Below the pieces are notes generated by a model. That model made no database searches. It saw only the letters and a list, made by a program, of their open reading frames with translations, and was not told the origin of the DNA. From Antedon mediterranea (lineage: Eukaryota; Animalia; Echinodermata), in the NCBI RefSeq assembly GCF_964355755.1, contig NC_092677.1:20110101-20174100 (forward strand): a stretch of DNA of 64,000 bases, in the 5' to 3' direction. Below, one piece after another: positions 62,497 to 64,000 of the stretch. Numbering within the stretch: position 1 is the stretch's first letter; every line of letters begins with the position of its first letter. Made by a program: the position numbers and the translations under genes.

Positions 62497-64000
62497 AAAA
62501 ATAACGTGTATAAAATTTGATTCAGACAAACTGTTTGACTTTAAATTTCCAAAAATCAAAGGAAGTCAATTTTGAAATAGTTGGTAGCATGGTACAAGGA
62601 ATCGGACTGGAAAAAATAACAACAACTAATCCTAACAAAATAACCCGTAAACCAAAATCTCACTCTCTACCATTCAAAAATGATGTAGCGATTTTTTCAA
62701 GCGGTATTGTCATGAACGTATTGAAAAGAAAATAGTTTTATTGTCAATGATTTGTCAAGTGTTTTATTTTAATTTCAATTACTGTTGTATTGTATTTAGT
62801 TTTACCCGTTCATGTTGGCATGATCAATATTTGCTCAAACTCCATTTTATCGTTATGTTTGTAGTATTTTAGAGATTCCCGATCATCGTAATAATGATAT
62901 AACTAGAATTCGTAACCGTGTGTTAGATTCCACGCGTATTATATACATATTGTCTTACTTTAATTCCTTCTCTCGTTATTCACCCGATGTAGTTTGATCA
63001 AACAATTGTACCTGAGCCTGAAAGGTTAGTTGTTATGGTACAAGGAATCGGCCCGGAAAATAATTTGTTTTCTTTTCTGTTAAATTATTATTATGTTTGT
63101 GAATTGTGTATTGCAATAGATTTGTTTAATGAAATTAAATTAATTAGGTTTATGTTTTGACTTAATTTACTGTCAGTGTAAATTTGTAAAAGTAGTTTTC
63201 CTACTTTAATTCACGGTAAATTTATTTATCGACTTAATTTAATTTGTTTTCTTTTCTGTTGTTGTTAAATGTAATTGCAAACACACATAATAAATGATTG
63301 TGATTATAAATATTCTGTTTACTTCTTTTAATTTTAAACAGTACAATAGATCTGTAATGTAAAGTTATATTTTATATATAATAAGTAATATTACAAAAAT
63401 AAACATACAAAATGTATAAAGCATAGATTAATTAAATTTAAATACAATTTCTTTATTTCAAAATGAATTTCATTTTCTACGTGTTTTCAATTTTAAATCT
63501 TTTAAGAAAGACACAATACGTACTGCTAAAAAAATAAAACGCACACAAAAGAAAACAAATTTGAGACGCACGATATGTAACGACGGTTTCAATAAAAAGG
63601 CATATTATAAATGTATTTTTACCAAATTTATAAAGTAAAGGGTTATTATTGAGAAATATACATTTTAGATAAATGATAACACATCTAAAATTAATTAGAG
63701 AGATCAATACAATATGGTGTTCATAATAATTTGTTTTGATGACTAGAGGAAACATCTGAAGACATTCAACAAAAAAACAAGCGTTAACACCATACCAGTC
63801 ACTAAGAATGCTACTACTCTGAAAAAAACATCTCCCTTCCAGCACAGAAACAAATTCTGAACGAAAATAAAAAATAAAAATAATTAGTAAACGAAACACG
63901 CGCATTATAAATAAAATGAATAATTTAAGAATATTTGTTAAAATACCCACGAACAAAAAAAAAAAAGAAACATACTAACCGATTTATCGTCATTACGAAG

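Larger units (their letters stand above)
59290..62500 (+). mobile_element. Maverick/Polinton remnant
   Basis: Tandem CAGGTGTTTCTAATGAAGGTCGTT repeats (59308-59455), a duplicated ~300-bp block (~59780-60060 / 60380-60645), an intronless acidic ORF and a Polinton-type integrase N-terminus. The extent is inferred. Confidence 0.6.

Noticed and set aside
63477-63956. 159-aa minus-strand ORF
   Set aside because: F/I/L-rich composition expected from AT-rich non-coding DNA; no recognisable motif.

Overview
This is AT-rich animal genomic DNA, probably from a marine invertebrate; the repeat families and frequent TAGGCCTA motifs suggest an echinoderm, but that is inference. One host gene is clear: a DENND11/LCHN (KIAA1147) orthologue on the + strand, with seven coding exons between 7972 and 45836. 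Its first coding exon is not visible and presumably lies upstream of the window. Almost everything else is layered transposable-element DNA. This includes an apparently intact, spliced hAT transposon; a Naiad-type Penelope-like element with hammerhead ribozymes; MULE-, Helitron-, Helentron/HINE-, Sola2- and Academ-type DNA elements; a Gypsy LTR remnant; several LINE fragments; tRNA-derived SINEs; satellites; a tyrosine-recombinase retroelement remnant; and a Maverick/Polinton remnant. Four observations stand out. (i) The hAT transposase has a hidden PIP-box first exon and two duplicated 102-bp phase-1 exons, lying sense inside the phase-1 intron before DENND11 exon 2, so host-transposase chimeric splicing is frame-compatible. 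(ii) Two different hammerheads flank the Penelope-like element. (iii) An acidic Polinton ORF with a SIM-like motif can be reconstructed by removing a SINE. (iv) A hairpin array follows the tyrosine recombinase. All family assignments come from motifs recognised by eye; no searches were run.
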